Shown here: piece by piece, positions 1-12,444 of the stretch
How positions within the stretch are numbered: the stretch's first letter is position 1
Layout: each line of letters starts with the position of its first letter
Source of the DNA: Takakia lepidozioides
Lineage: Eukaryota > Plantae > Bryophyta
Direction: 5' to 3'
DNA length: 64,000 nt
Assembly (NCBI GenBank): GCA_030704615.1
Contig: CM060732.1
Span: 65,534,001 to 65,598,000, forward strand
The notes under the pieces: generated by a model
Seen by the model: the letters and a program-made list of their open reading frames with translations, nothing else
Databases searched by the model: none
What the model was told of the DNA's origin: nothing
Program-made: the position numbers and the translations under genes

Positions 1-1521
1 ATTTTGCACACCAAACACCCTTCCTCTAATGTGTTGCAGCCTCTGTGGCATACTTCTTCAAGATCTCTTCCAATCTTTTCTCATAGTTATCCCTCTTCAA
101 CTTTTCCTTCTTCTTACTCTTCTTCTTGAGCTCTTGCTCTTCTTCCTCATCTGACTCCTCCTCAGAGTCCTCATCATCCCTTTTCTCTCTCCTGAGCATT
201 CCCAGTTGCTCAATTCTGTTAGCTGTTTCAAATGCCTCCTCCACTGTATTATGGGGTAGCATATCCACTTTCTTTTGCAACTCTGGTCTTAGTCCACTCA
301 CAAACCAAGTCTTCTGTAACCCTGGTGCTGGTACAGCAGCCAGCTTTTTCATCATTAATTCCATCTTTTCCATGTACTCTTCAATAGTTTCAAGCTTCTT
401 TTGCCTTAACTGTTGTAAACTTCCATACACTTCGTCCTCAGTTTTGCTTGTCCTGAACCTATTTCGGAATGCCGTACTAAGGCCATTCCAGGTCAGGAAA
501 TGTTAATCAGGGAATCTTACATACCATTCACTTGCTTTCTTAATAAGTGAACAAGGAAACAGTCTCATCTTGGCATCATCGCCATTCTCATTGTTCACAA
601 TACACATGTGCTCAAATTGGCTAATGTGTACATCATGATCCCCTTTCCCTGCGTATATTGGAAAATGTGGTTTTGCCCGTGTTGGAATACCGCCATTTGT
701 GGCCTTACACCCTGCCCTCCGGTAGGTGCTGGTCCTCTTGTTGGTGCTGGTCCTTGAGGACCTGTTGTAGTAGTGGTGGAACTCCCATCAGGTGCTGGCC
801 CCTGAGCACTCCCTGCTACTGGCCCCACTATATTCACAGTATTCCCAGCTCCAGTTGCACTACTTCCCACACTCTTTGTCCCCCCATAGCCAAATCCAGG
901 CTACCCGCCTGATCCCCCTGAACCGACACCTTCGTTGGCCTGTGATCCAAGTGCTCCACTTGATCTAGGTCCAACAGGTTGGGATGTCCTGGTTGTAGTC
1001 TCAACCTCAACTGTTGGGTCTACTTCTTCATCTTCCAATTTCTTCTCTCTGTTTTCATCTTCCAAGTTCTGCTCTTGGGTTTCTTCCTCTTCACTCATGT
1101 AACTCAATTGCAATGGTGTTGGAGAGTCTGAACTCTCCATTGGCTCTGCCACATCCACCCCTCCTTCTTTGTCTTCCGTTTCAGAAACTGGAGTTCTTGC
1201 TTTTGGTGTTCCATGCCAACTCTTATCAAAGATTTTTGTCAAATCTTTTATCCAAGGATGTACCTCAGATCTCTCCCCTCGTGGCTGATCTTCTTCCTGT
1301 ACCAAATCCCTTAATCTTTCTTGTAAAGAATAAGAAGGAGTGGCATCCAACTCTAGTTCCTCCGGTATGGGTGATGTACTCTCCGATCTTAATGGTGTGA
1401 GAGGTCCAGATGACTCCCCTATGTCTATTCCTCTCTCCCAAAGATATGGATAATTAGCTTTCAAATAACTCTCTCTCTTTGCTGAATATCTTTGAAGTCT
1501 AGCTTCTCTTTCATCACTCAT
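1..1521 (-). mobile_element. gag: Decayed Ty3/gypsy LTR-retrotransposon gag (pseudogenised)
   Basis: Minus-strand frames join to give ...KPHFPIYAGKGDHDVHISQFEHMC...AKMRLFPCSLIKKASEWYVRFPD*HFLTWNGLSTAFRNRF...LQQLRQKKLETIEEYMEKM...WFVSGLRPELQKKV...TVEEAFETANRIE. This matches the Retrotrans_gag pattern including an MHR-like motif. Premature stops at ~503 and 901, frameshifts near ~700 and ~880. The acidic N-terminal part is ORF 901..1521. Confidence 0.85.
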
Positions 1522-2065
1522 GTCCCATGTCTTTCATATCTTCAATGACGCAATAACCAAAACTCTCTTCTGTAGTATCTCTCGTATATGCCTGGGTTTC
1601 TTTCAAGCTTCAAAGCACCCTTGGCTATACTAGAAGTCTCTGTTTACCATATAACCATATGGCAAACACGTTTGGAAAGTTGTTCTTGGTGTAAGTTTGA
1701 TCCACAAGATATCCTTGGGAATCCAATTCTTTACCAGTACCACCTCTACAGGCCACCTGATAAATCTTTATCACTCCTTTCTCCAGACCCCACTCAGGGT
1801 CAGCATCATGCACTCTCTTAAGAATGTTTTTTTTACAACCGTCTGGCAATTCCAAGAACCTCAGAAAGAATTGTTTGGACAATCTTTCTTTCTCAGTTCC
1901 ATAGGGAATTTGATTCACATCAAATTCTTTAATTCTCCAACCACCATGATCCCACCAGATGCCTGTCACATCTGGTTGTTCTTGACCCAGTTCCCCAGTA
2001 TGGTCGCCAAATGTCGAGCGACTTTTACTTACCCATCCCTTCGCTATCCGAGGTGGAAACTCCAA
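1513..2065 (-). mobile_element. Extra ORF upstream of gag in the same retroelement (unknown function, interrupted)
   Basis: 146-aa ORF 1625..2065. The frame continues through two stops to a TGA overlapping the gag ATG (CATGAGTGA at ~1514-1522). Confidence 0.4.
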
Positions 2066-2099
2066 GATAGAAGAGTTGGATATCTCTAAGCACTCAGCC

Positions 2100-2883
2100 C
2101 GTTCAAAACAATCAGTCGTGACCTACAGTTAGTGAATCATGGTTGTGCTTCCTATTTGTATTTCTTCTTGCCTTCATGTTAGCAATTTACCTTACTGTGT
2201 ATACTGAAGCATCAGATTGCTTCAGTATCTACCAAGTTCCATTCACTCATCCATTCATTCCACAGCTTCACTCATGTCTCTATACTTAGTGTGATTGTAT
2301 CGGATAAGTATCAGATTATGATTTATCAGGTATCAAGCCAATGCCATGGTGACTCTAATCTGCCCTACAATATCACTACAACTTTGCATGTAACAAGCAT
2401 CTACTATTCATCTTTCCTCCTTCACCGTGCTCTCCATCCTTGCTCCCGTTCTTGCTCTTCGCATGATCTCCCCTCATGCATGACCAAGAAGCGCTCCCCG
2501 TGAAGTGATCCCCTACCTGGTGCTGCTCTGCCTAATCTACCTGCAAGTTGTTCCAACCGCCTAACTAACTAACGGTCACCCCTGAAGTAACACGTTCCCT
2601 CTGCAGATGTCGTTCCCACACAGTAGTTCCCTGCCAATGATAACTGTTCCCTCCGTGCGCTGTGACGGGCTGTGCCAAACTGTGTTGGGCTGTGACTGGC
2701 TGTGCAAAGCTGTGTCGGGCTGTGATAACCCATGACTTGACTGTGTGAGCCTGTCTACCACCCCTAAACCTGTGTGGCCTAAGTCTACCATCTGTAAGTC
2801 TGCGAAAAATTAAGGGCACCCCACAGAACCCGTAAAAGCGTCTAAGTCCCAAACAGCCCTCTAACAACATCAACACCCTGTCA
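2100..2883 (-). repeat. Putative 5' LTR/UTR of the gypsy element with a ~30-bp tandem repeat (2659-2730)
   Basis: Unit GCTGTGAC(G/T)GGCTGTGC...CTGTGT(T/C)GG x~2.5. The minus strand begins TGACAGGG at 2883, next to a switch to PPR-derived sequence. No PBS recognised. Confidence 0.35.
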
Positions 2884-2989
2884 TTGAATTTTTGTCGGAT
2901 GTGCTCAAGCTATGGCAGTCTCAGGTAGACTTGGGCTGGAATCACGGGGTGAGCGTACCGCCTGGACTATGGATATGTCTGAGCCAATG

Positions 2990-4340
2990 TTCACGAGGAA
3001 CGGTGACTGCTTGCAGGGTATGCATAGCAGAGGCACGGGATGGAGGCTTTGGAGACCTATGAGCAAATGATTGGGGAAGGGTGAAGCCCGACCACATCAG
3101 GTTTGTGTGCGTTTGCAGTGCGTGTGCAAGCCTGGCGGCCCCAAAAAAGGGCAAAGAGGTGCATGGTTGCATCGCCAAAGCTGGAATTGTACCAGATGTG
3201 ATTCCCTGTGGATCAATAGCTAAAAGAAACCTGCATGGGTAGATGGTCAACTAAAGGCTGCAGCTGCAGCGGCACAGTTCATAAAACCAGGCACCTCAAC
3301 CATAACCACAGCTTTTGAAAGAGAATCAAGAGAGAGTCCAAATGCCTCTTCTGGCACTTCTGGGCATGTGAAGATGTTTTGTGATAGGCAGACTGACAGA
3401 GGCTCTACAGACTTCAAACCAATGAGGCATTTCAGCAGATTCAGGTACGTATGTCTGTCCCTTGCTTAAGTGCATCAAGATGGAAGGTCTGGACGCTGGA
3501 AAGCAAGGGACTAGTTCGACAATATGGCTGAACGAGATGTGGTGTTTTGGAGTGCCATGATTGCAAGGTATGTGCAGCATGGGTATGGGATTAAGGCTTT
3601 GGAAACCTAAGAGCAAATGATGTGGGAAGGGATGAAGCCAGACCAGGTCATGTTCATTTGTGTTTATAATATGCATATGCGAGCCTAGCAGCCCTGGGAA
3701 TGGTCAAAGAGGTTCATGGTTGACATTATCAAAGCTGGAATTGTACCAGATGTCATTCTGAACATTCCCCTGGTGTACATATATGCTCACCAAGTGTTCA
3801 ACAGAATCCCTCAACGATCTTTGATCACGTGGAATATAATGTTGGCAGGATTTACCAAGCATGGGTGTGGTACAAATGCTTTGGAGACCTATGATGATGC
3901 TAGAAGGGGTGAAGCCCAACCGCATCCATTTGTTTGCGTTTGCAATGTGTGTGCGAGCGTGGCAGCCCTGGAAAAGGGCAAAGAGGACCATGCTGACATC
4001 GTCAAAGCTGGAATTGTCCCAGATGTCATTCTAAACACTGCCTTGGTGGACATGTATGCCAAATTTGGGTGCATTGAAGATGCAAAGGCAGTGTTCGACA
4101 AAATGGCTAAACGTGATGTGGTGTCGTGAAACGCGATGATCGCATGATATGCACAGCAGGGTCGTGGGATGGAGGCTTTGGAGACCTATGAGCAAATGAT
4201 GCAGGAAGGGATGAAGCCCAATCAGATCACCTTTGTTGGTGTTCGCAATGCATGTGCAAGCCTGGCAGCCCCGGAAAATGGCAAAGAGGTCCATGGTGAC
4301 ATTGTCAAAGCTGGAATTGTACCAAATGTCATTCTGAACA
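2990..4340 (+). pseudogene. PLS-class pentatricopeptide-repeat (PPR) gene relic containing an OSB-type PDF half-motif (3200-3290)
   Basis: P/L/S motifs: ALVDMYAKFGCIEDAKAVFDKMAKRDVVS, MEALETYEQMMQEGMKPNQITFVGVRNACASLAAPENGKEVH. Many stops and frameshifts. DSLWINS*KKPAWVDGQL at ~3200-3252 precedes a typical PPR-tract lead-in (GRLTEALQ...ADSGTYV..LLKC). Truncated at 4340 by a CACTA end. Confidence 0.85.
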
Positions 4341-4750
4341 CACTACAACAGATGAGCGTTTTTATGACTGCACATATGACTATTTTTTCAGTCCTATATG
4401 CGTTCATGACTACATTACTCTGCAGTGAAAAAAGCCCTATCATAGCGACTAGTCTTTAGGACTGCGTTTTGCAAGTCATAGCCGTGACTGCATGCGTGGC
4501 ACCTGGAGTCATGCTGTAGAGAGCGATGTAGTCACAACTATATGATTTATATATGACTAACTATATGACTACATGTCTACAAAGTATGACTCCATTGGAG
4601 AGGCGTCAGAGGGACACATGTAGCACTCCGGATGTGACACGTGTCCACATGGACAACATATATGACCTACACGTGGGAAAGAAAATCGTATCATATAATG
4701 CCACGTTGCCATGATGTAGTCATGAGTATATAACTTCATGACTAAAGAGG
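4341..4750 (+). mobile_element. CACTA (En/Spm) transposon terminus with subterminal repeats
   Basis: CACTACAACA starts at 4341, exactly where the PPR frame (…VILNT) stops. More than 12 copies of (T/C)ATGACT or its reverse AGTCAT follow in both orientations. The other end was not found. Confidence 0.7.
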
Positions 4751-5289
4751 TTTTTTAATAATATTTTAATTTAATAAATTAAATCATACAATTATAATAT
4801 TTAGATTATTAATTGATTTAAATTCTCATTAGGTTTCTAGGAAAATAGAATGGAAGCCATTGTTGTCTTTTTTTATTATTTTTATTTTGGTTAACAAAGA
4901 GGGACAGTGGGGGACAGTGGCCTCCAGAACTTTATAGGTAATGGACATAAAATGTCCTTGGATACAAAGAGGAAAAAATAACCTCTGGATAGAGTGCCAT
5001 AGAGGCTGAAAGAGGAAGACACAGCTTCGCGTACCAAGACAAGAAAGAGTAGTAAGAAGGAAGGCAAGCAAAGAATGGGGTCTGCATAGAGCTAAAGAGT
5101 CTAGCAGGAAAAGAGACTGCAGCCAGAAACTACTGCCATAACTTGGAAACAGAAAGGCACCGAGCTGAGGAGAAGAACTGAAAATCAGCTAACACTGTCA
5201 TAAGAAAGCTGGGCCCTAGCCTTCCACTTCCTAAAAGATCTACAGATGGAGAGACATCCCTGCAGGGGTCGTGCTCTTCAGCTCAAAAC

Positions 5290-6075
5290 CAACCAATTGA
5301 TCATCTATCCATGCAGGTTTCTTGTAGCTATCCTTCCACAAGGAATCATAGGTAATGTGGAGATTGAAATCCGGCCCTCTTGGATGAATCTGGACCCATG
5401 CACTCTATCCCTGCTCTTTCAGCTATCCATGCCTCTGCAAAATCATGTATATATCATTGCCTTGCTCCTAGCAGCTGACAATGACAGCCTAGAATTGTTC
5501 CAGCAAACACCCCAACCCTACTTACCATACTCGCTGACTTGCGTCTACTTCCAACAAACATTCACCTTTTTGCCTTGATTGTTCCACCATTGACTGGGGT
5601 CGGAAACGTATTCTTTCCAGAGCTTCTCCTCGTCTCTGTTATCTGTTTTTTCAATACTTTCCTGTCGACCACATTGGCAATAACATGTCAAAATCATTCC
5701 AAAACCACCAGAGATCCACCAACGCGGAGCTAACTTGCAGAATTCAACATGAAAATATAGGGACAACTCTGATAGCAGGGAAAAACAGGGTGGAATATGT
5801 TGAAGAAGGTATCTTCATTAGTAGTGTCTTGTTCTATCAATTGTGTTGCTGCCGCTGCTGTTTTTAGTAGACCATCTACCCACTTGTAGCCGTTGTGCTA
5901 TTGAAGAAGGTGTCTTCGTTACCAGTGCCTGATTTATCAATTGTGCCGCTGCTACGGCAAATTCCAGTTGACCATCTACCCATGCAGGTTTCTTGTAGCT
6001 ATCCTTCGACACAGGGAATCATAGGTAATCTGGAGCTTGAAATCTGGCCCTCTTACATGAATCTGGACCCACACT
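5290..6075 (-). pseudogene. Relic exons encoding tandem OSB-type PDF (ssDNA-binding) motifs
   Basis: EEKLWKEYVSDPSQWWNNQGKK | GT-AG intron 5565..5390 | IHPRGPDFNLHITYDSLWKDSYKKPAWIDDQL. An upstream second copy reads IHVRGPDFKLQITYDSL/(frameshift)/KDSYKKPAWVDGQL at ~5960-6062. Confidence 0.75.
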
Positions 6076-6189
6076 CTATCCTTGCTCCTTCACCTATCCA
6101 TGCCTCTGCACAAATCATGCACAAATCCTTGCCTTGCTGCTAGCAGTTGACAATGACAGCCTATATTTGTTCTAGGAAACAACCAACTC

Positions 6190-6720
6190 AACTTATCACA
6201 CGATCTCGTTCAGCCATAGTGTTGAAGGCTCCCTCCACATCCTCAATGCTCCCACATTTGGCATACATGTCCACGAGGTATTGTTTAGAATCACATATGG
6301 TACAATTCCAGCTTTGGTGATGCAACCATGCCACCTCTTTGCCCTTTTCTAGGGCTGCTAGGCTTGCACACACACTGCAAACAAACACCAAAATGATGTG
6401 GTTGAGCTTCACCCTTCCCCCATCATTTGCTCATAGGTATCCAAAGCCTCCATCCCGCACCCCAGCTGTGCATACCCTGCAAGCATCGCACTCCACGACA
6501 CCACATCTCGTTTAGCCATAGTGTTGAACACTCCCTTCACATTGGCATATATGTCCAGAATTAGGGGATGTTCAGAATGACATCTGGTTATAAAATTCCA
6601 GGGCTGCCAGCCTTCATACACTCCTATGATCATGCTGACCCTACCAAGTCCCTTGTAAACGACCAAGAGGTCCATGCCCCAATGGTGACATCATCACATT
6701 TTAAGCTGGAATTGCTCCAA
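6190..6720 (-). pseudogene. PLS-PPR fragment
   Basis: VFNTMAKRDVVSWSAMLAGYAQLGCGMEALDTYEQM; CSVCASLAALEKGKEV; LVDMYAKCGSIEDVEGAFNTM. Frameshifted. Confidence 0.85.
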
Positions 6721-6784
6721 GAGTCATACTGAACAATATTCTATTTTACCCCCGCCTCCTTGCCCCCTGCCTTCCCCATCCTGC

Positions 6785-7010
6785 AACTGAAAGAGGCTCT
6801 ACAAACTTCAACCAGCTAGGCATAATTTCAGCATATTCAGATACCTAAGTCCCCTGTCTCAAGCATAAGAGCATCAAGCTGAAAGGCCTGCAAACTGCAA
6901 ATCAGGTGCATATGCTCACATTATATTAAGTGGATTGAAGGCATTAAATGATTTTCTACACAACACCCTTGTCAACATGTATGTTAAGTGTGGTAGCTCG
7001 TGGATGCACT
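6785..7010 (+). pseudogene. PPR N-terminal tract fragment (opposite orientation to its neighbours)
   Basis: LKEALQ..., ANQVH..., NDFLHNTLVNMYVKCGS. Homologous to 3395-3505. Confidence 0.6.
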
Positions 7011-7214
7011 TGTAGTTTCCCACCCCAAGTTTAAATTTCAGTCTAGTGACGAGGGCAGGTAGGCCATTGAGATAGTCCTTAAGGTCCTTGCCCATGTCAC
7101 ATATTCAAAACAAGTTTAGGGAGGTTTAATGCCTAATTGTATTTCCACTGGACAGTGTGAGGGCATCAGAGGAGGAGAGAGAGAGAGAGAGAGACTCACC
7201 GGGGAAGGTGGTCA

Positions 7215-7640
7215 TCATGGTACTCCAAGACACCACATCTTGTTCAGCCATGTTGTTGAACACTCCCTTTGCATCCTTGCTACACCTACATTTGGGATAC
7301 ATATTGTCCACCAGGGGAGTGTTCAAAATGACATTTGGTACATTTGCAGCTTTGACGATGCAACCATGGACCTTTTGCCCTTTTCCAGGGCTGCCAGGCT
7401 TGCACACGCATACACACGTTATGTGGTCGGGCTTCAGTATCCCTTCCCTCATAATTTGCTCATAGGTCTCCAAAGCCTCCATCCCACGTCCCTGTTGTGC
7501 ATACCCTACAAACATCGCACTCCATGACACCACATCTCGTTCAGCCATAGTGTTGAACACTCCCTGTGCATCCTCGATGCACCCACATTTGACATACATG
7601 TCCACCAAGGCAGGGGCAGTGTTCAAAATGACATCTGGTA
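7215..7640 (-). pseudogene. PLS-PPR fragment
   Basis: ORF 7126..7626: ALVDMYVKCGCIEDAQGVFNTMAERDVVSWSAMFVGYAQQGRGMEALETYEQIM..., with small indels. Ends at a (GA)n tract. Confidence 0.85.
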
Positions 7641-7649
7641 ATCTGACAG

Positions 7650-7965
7650 GTATTTACATTTTTGCCTCGGTTGTCCCACCATTGACTGGGGTCAGAAAAG
7701 TATTCATTCCAAAGCTTCTCCTCATCTCTGTTACCTCTTTTGGATACTTTCATGTTGTCACATTGGTAGTATCTTATCAAAGTCACTCCAAACTATCCCA
7801 GGTTCACTCAACCAACTAACTTGCAGAATTCAACATGAAAATTTAGGGCCGATTCTGATAAGAGGGAAAAACAGGGTGAAATGTGTTGAAAAACGTGCCT
7901 TCATTAGCAGACCATTTTCTCATTAGCAGATTTCTTGTAGTTATTGATCCACGGGGAATCAGAAC
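7650..7965 (-). pseudogene. Further OSB-type PDF motif relic directly upstream of the PPR fragment
   Basis: RDEEKLWNEYFSDPSQWWDNRGKN followed by GTAAAT; DSPWINNYKK at ~7930-7960. The intervening non-coding sequence is near-identical to 5730-5825. Confidence 0.75.
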
Positions 7966-8347
7966 TAATAATATACATACCAGACTGATAGATTAAAAGC
8001 TTAATACCTACCTTGATACCATTACCTGCCAGGTATGAAGGAGGCCTCTTCACCGACAATACCATATCTTGGCTGGTATGAAATGTTGATGATACCAGTC
8101 CAACACTGGTGCAGACACTTAAAGGGATAGGTGGATACACTCAAGGGGCAGTTGAGGATTGCCAAAGAATAGGGAACCAAGTGGCTCTCATGCAATACTG
8201 TATTGCTAAGAGCAAAGGGAAAATGCAGAAAGTAGGCTACTCACAGCTAACATAGAGAGAGAAATTGCCTTACACAACGAATAGGAATGGAAGCAGCAGC
8301 TGGAGAAGCTGACACTGCAAGCAGAGCTGGATGCAGCAGACGCAGCC

Positions 8348-8914
8348 TTGGCCCGAGCATGGTTGAGTGAAGGAAGTGAGCCAAAAATGAAGAAACTCAA
8401 CAGGGCAATGATAAAACAAATGAAGTGTCAGTTGGCGAAATTGGTGACAGACATTCACGAGGAATTTCTACCACCAATTCCAGAACAAGAAGAGCTCACG
8501 AATGAGGACGATCAAGAGGAGCAAGACCATGAACATGAAGCACCAATACAATCAACAACAACAACACCAGCACAAACACCGCCAACAACACAACCACCAC
8601 CAAGTCAACAGGCACCGATACAGGCCATAGCAGGGCCATCTATTCAGGAGGTAAACCCCGTACCATTACCAAGTGTTCTGGTGGCATCAGCTTCAGTAGC
8701 AGTGGATGATTTCCAAATCATGCCATGCAAGCATGATGGGGAGTGGCTAAAGTATTCAGAGGAATACTTTAAAATGATGATACTCCCAGTCCACCAAATC
8801 CCAGAAGTACTAGAGAAGGTATTCAAAGCCTTAACCCCCCTGCAGGTCATTGGGTCAATTGCATTTGCTCAATCAAACTCTTATACCTTTGAGATACAGG
8901 ATGAGACCACTTAA
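8348..8914 (+). other. Acidic/Pro-rich ORF fragment, probably TE-derived
   Basis: 188-aa ORF with no ATG start and low-complexity E/Q/P/T stretches. It is cut by the adjacent hAT relic. No domain recognised. Confidence 0.25.
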
Positions 8915-9830
8915 CAATTGTCAACTGGGATAGTGTCTTGAAAGCCAAATTGCACATATATGCCATGCAATGCACCCACATACAGAAGGGAGCATGCTTG
9001 GATGCAATTTGCTTTGTGACACCATTCCTCACACCTTGGAAGGTGCTCACACCATCAGCCCCAAAACAAAGTAGTTTCTGAGCTATAGAAGATTCAGTGA
9101 GTCCTCCACCCTTTCGCAATGCATCCATTATGACTAGAGTGAGGTTATCAGCCCCACTCCAGTACACAATTTTTTGGAGAGAGATCATCACGGGGATTCT
9201 TACCCAATTCTGCACAATGTATGCATGGACGGTGAACCACGAGCCATTGTTCACATAGGTTACCTCATCACAAATCAAGGCAACAAATCTGGCAGCTCTT
9301 ACAGAAGTCAGCATAGCCTGTTGAACCTCACTGTACATGAACTCTGTCATAATCCACTTATCACAATTGGTTACACTTATATATGTTTTTTAGAGTCCAT
9401 AGCACACAAAAAACTGTGCCGATGACAAAACAGTATTTGAGATTCCAAAGTCCATAGCATTCTTATAGTTCATCCAATTTGCAAAAAAATTGTTACATTA
9501 CATAGGTCTTGTAGGTGGTATACAAGAACTAATGTCATTTATAATAAGATGAACTATTGTGAACAAATAGAAAGATAACATGAAGCACAGTCACTGAAAA
9601 ACTGCCCGATGACGTTCAAACTGAGACACCATATCCTGCAACTGCCCTCCTCCCTTTGTGCTTGACGAGTGTGTCCCACTTGGGGAGCCATGAACATGGA
9701 CCTCTTGTTGATGGTGAAGTAGACTTGACTTTGCTGCCCTCACCAACTGGAATTTCCTTGAAGTCCCTCCCAATAAACAAGCGCACACTAAACGAACCTG
9801 GTGACGTATGTGAACTCAAGGCACAACATA
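8900..9830 (-). mobile_element. hAT-superfamily (ZNF862-like) transposase relic
   Basis: FVALICDEVT...WVRIP...GADNLT..IMDAL...KLLCFGADGVSTFQG...VHCMAY..NLA (DDE core with CxxH-type region). Upstream LPKWDTLVKHKGRR. Truncated. Confidence 0.8.
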
Positions 9831-12444
9831 GTAGGCGATGAACTTAGAGTGACAACCGCCGCGTAGTGGCGACGGCCACCCCCTCCAGCCCTAAAACGCT
9901 TGGCAAACGGACGGCCCAGGGCGCAGCACGTGGCGAGATCCCCCACGGCTGCCACTCCAACAGGCGCCGGCCGTTGGATGGGGGGTGCCACGGGATCCGG
10001 TTCCCAGGCGCCAAGGGGTGGTTCCCTTGGTGCTTTATGGTGACACTCCGGTAGGGAACGCAAGCTTTTTGGTTTTTTTTTGTTTTTTTGTTTTTTTGTT
10101 TTTTTGACAAGGGCGTGTCGCAGCCCACAAAGTTCGAGTGCTTTCTGGCTTTATTTCGCCTAAAAAATATGGACTGGTCGAGAGGGTAGTCTTGTTTGGT
10201 ATATTTTCTATTTTTGCCTGCTTCTGATGTTATGTGTCACAAGGTTGGTCTATACAGCCAATACCAGCCTAGGTAGGATGTTGATACACGCATCATAACA
10301 ATAGAAAGTCTAATACAACGCTTCTGGACGGTCGAGCTCACATATGGAGTTGCAGATTAAGACATATCTTCTCGGTGTTTGGTTAGCATTTGATTGGTGC
10401 AAGCGATCTTGGCAATCCTTGCACGCATCTTTATCAGCTGCAATTTCAAAACATCATCCAAATTGCATACATTTCATCTATATATTCTCATATAGGATGT
10501 GATGGCCCTCCTCTCGAGCATTACATGTGCCCCGGATAAATATTAACGTTTGGGGGGAGAAAAAAAATAACATTTAGACAACAGTTAGGGAGGTTGTAAT
10601 AAGGCTTAATATCTACAAAGTGACACTTACACAATATCCAATTTTTTTATACGAGCAGTTGGAGTCATAATCTCAATACCATATACTTATGCTCAAAACA
10701 TCTCATTAAAAGAAGTGCATGGCAAGGTTTTTTGCAATCGAAAGAGGTGGGAATCTGTCTCATTTGCATTTCCAATTGGTTATAATCAAGTTGTTCGCAA
10801 CAAGTGTCATATAAGCAAACAATCTGATCAAATCATATTTGGGTTGGGACAAACATCTGTCATGTGGGCATACAATAATGTACAAGAAATTTAGGCAAGA
10901 TCGTTTATATACCTGGAAAGGTATGTTAGGTTACTGTTTGAAAGATATTGGTCAACCTCATTTTAAATTTTTTTTGTGAAAATGTTATTACGGAAGAAAT
11001 GGAAGAGAGAAAGGAGTTGGATGCTTTGAATGGTAGTGCAGAGTTGAAGAATCGTGTTTGTCTAACACCAACAAATGTTTTTGAAATAGCATTTATCTAT
11101 CATATCCACGCACGACCAGGAAAGTGCCTGACAAGCTCATTTGTTGGGTATTTATTATCTATGTTAAAATCCAACAAATTCCATGCATCTGGAGCTTTCT
11201 TGCAAAATTGGGATGGATATGAGCAAATGTGAATCGCTCTGGCATTCCATGTTATTCCCGAAGGATACATGAGTTGAACAAGTGAAGCAAATATTTTTTG
11301 ATTCGAATCTGCATCATTGACATACGACATCTACAGATCGTTATTTCAATCGGGGGCACCAGATAACACCGACCTATTCGATCTTAATGTTAGTTACACG
11401 GGTGCATAATTTGCTGTTATCAACTAACAAGAGTACATTCTGTTGCACTTTGGACCTATCAAACCGGATATATGTATTCTGTAATATTTTCTATACTTAT
11501 ATATATATATTACGCTTCAATTCGACGCTTTATGTGTGTGGACTCGAATTTTACTCAATCGAGGAGAATAGGGTGCAATAGGGCGCGATACTAACGTAAT
11601 TAGAAAATTATACTTCTGCAAATTTTGAAACAGATCGAGATCCACATCCTGTCTACCGACTCCAACTGTGCAAGAAAGCTCGAAAACAATTTGCCTTTTT
11701 TTGTCTGCACCGGGCTTCTTATTTGGACGACCCGCTTCTTATTTGGACGACCTCTACGCTTCACCAACGATGTAGTGGCTACTGGCATAATTTCCATTTC
11801 TTCCACTCTCTACTTCTCCGACTGTCGCCAAACTAACACGCCCTCACCCTCATATAGCTTCGACAAATTCTAGAAACATCTAAAAATCTCCAAACTATGC
11901 TATCGCCAAGTGCCCTTACCATGCAATAGCCATTTTTCTTCTGCATGCAATAGCCATGTGGTTTGTACATGCAATTGCCATTTTCCTTGTATTGCAGTAA
12001 GCTATGTACACCCTCCATGCGTTGACCACGTGGGCCTCGCGTGCAGACATCTGCTAGCGCGTTTAGCCTCCATTGGCTATTTTCATTTTTCAAACGATGG
12101 GGTTACATATTTACGTTATGATAATCATGCATTGTCCAAAGCAAGATGCCTCGCATCTGAAAAGATTGTCCGGTCATAGGGTCTGATCCTATGATTGATT
12201 ATGCTTTAGGATGTAATTTTATCTTAACTTAGCTAGAGCTTAATTTGGGCCTAGCTGCACCATGCTGCTAGCATAGCACGCCTGCTAAGAGCCTATGTAG
12301 ACCCGACCCCTTCCAATGACATCATCGTTGGAATGGGTTTGACCCAAGGCCTGACCGTTGACTTAGCGACGGGTTCTAGCTAAGAACATGTGTTGGGGGG
12401 GGGGGGGGGGTATAACGGGATTTCTATCCATGAAAGGAAAGAAA

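Noticed and set aside
126-506. Ser-rich + strand ORF
   Set aside because: Antisense shadow of the gag frame.
10540-12200. AT-rich stretch with short ORFs (e.g. KRRGRPNKK), possibly a DNA-transposon relic
   Set aside because: No diagnostic transposase motif or termini could be identified.
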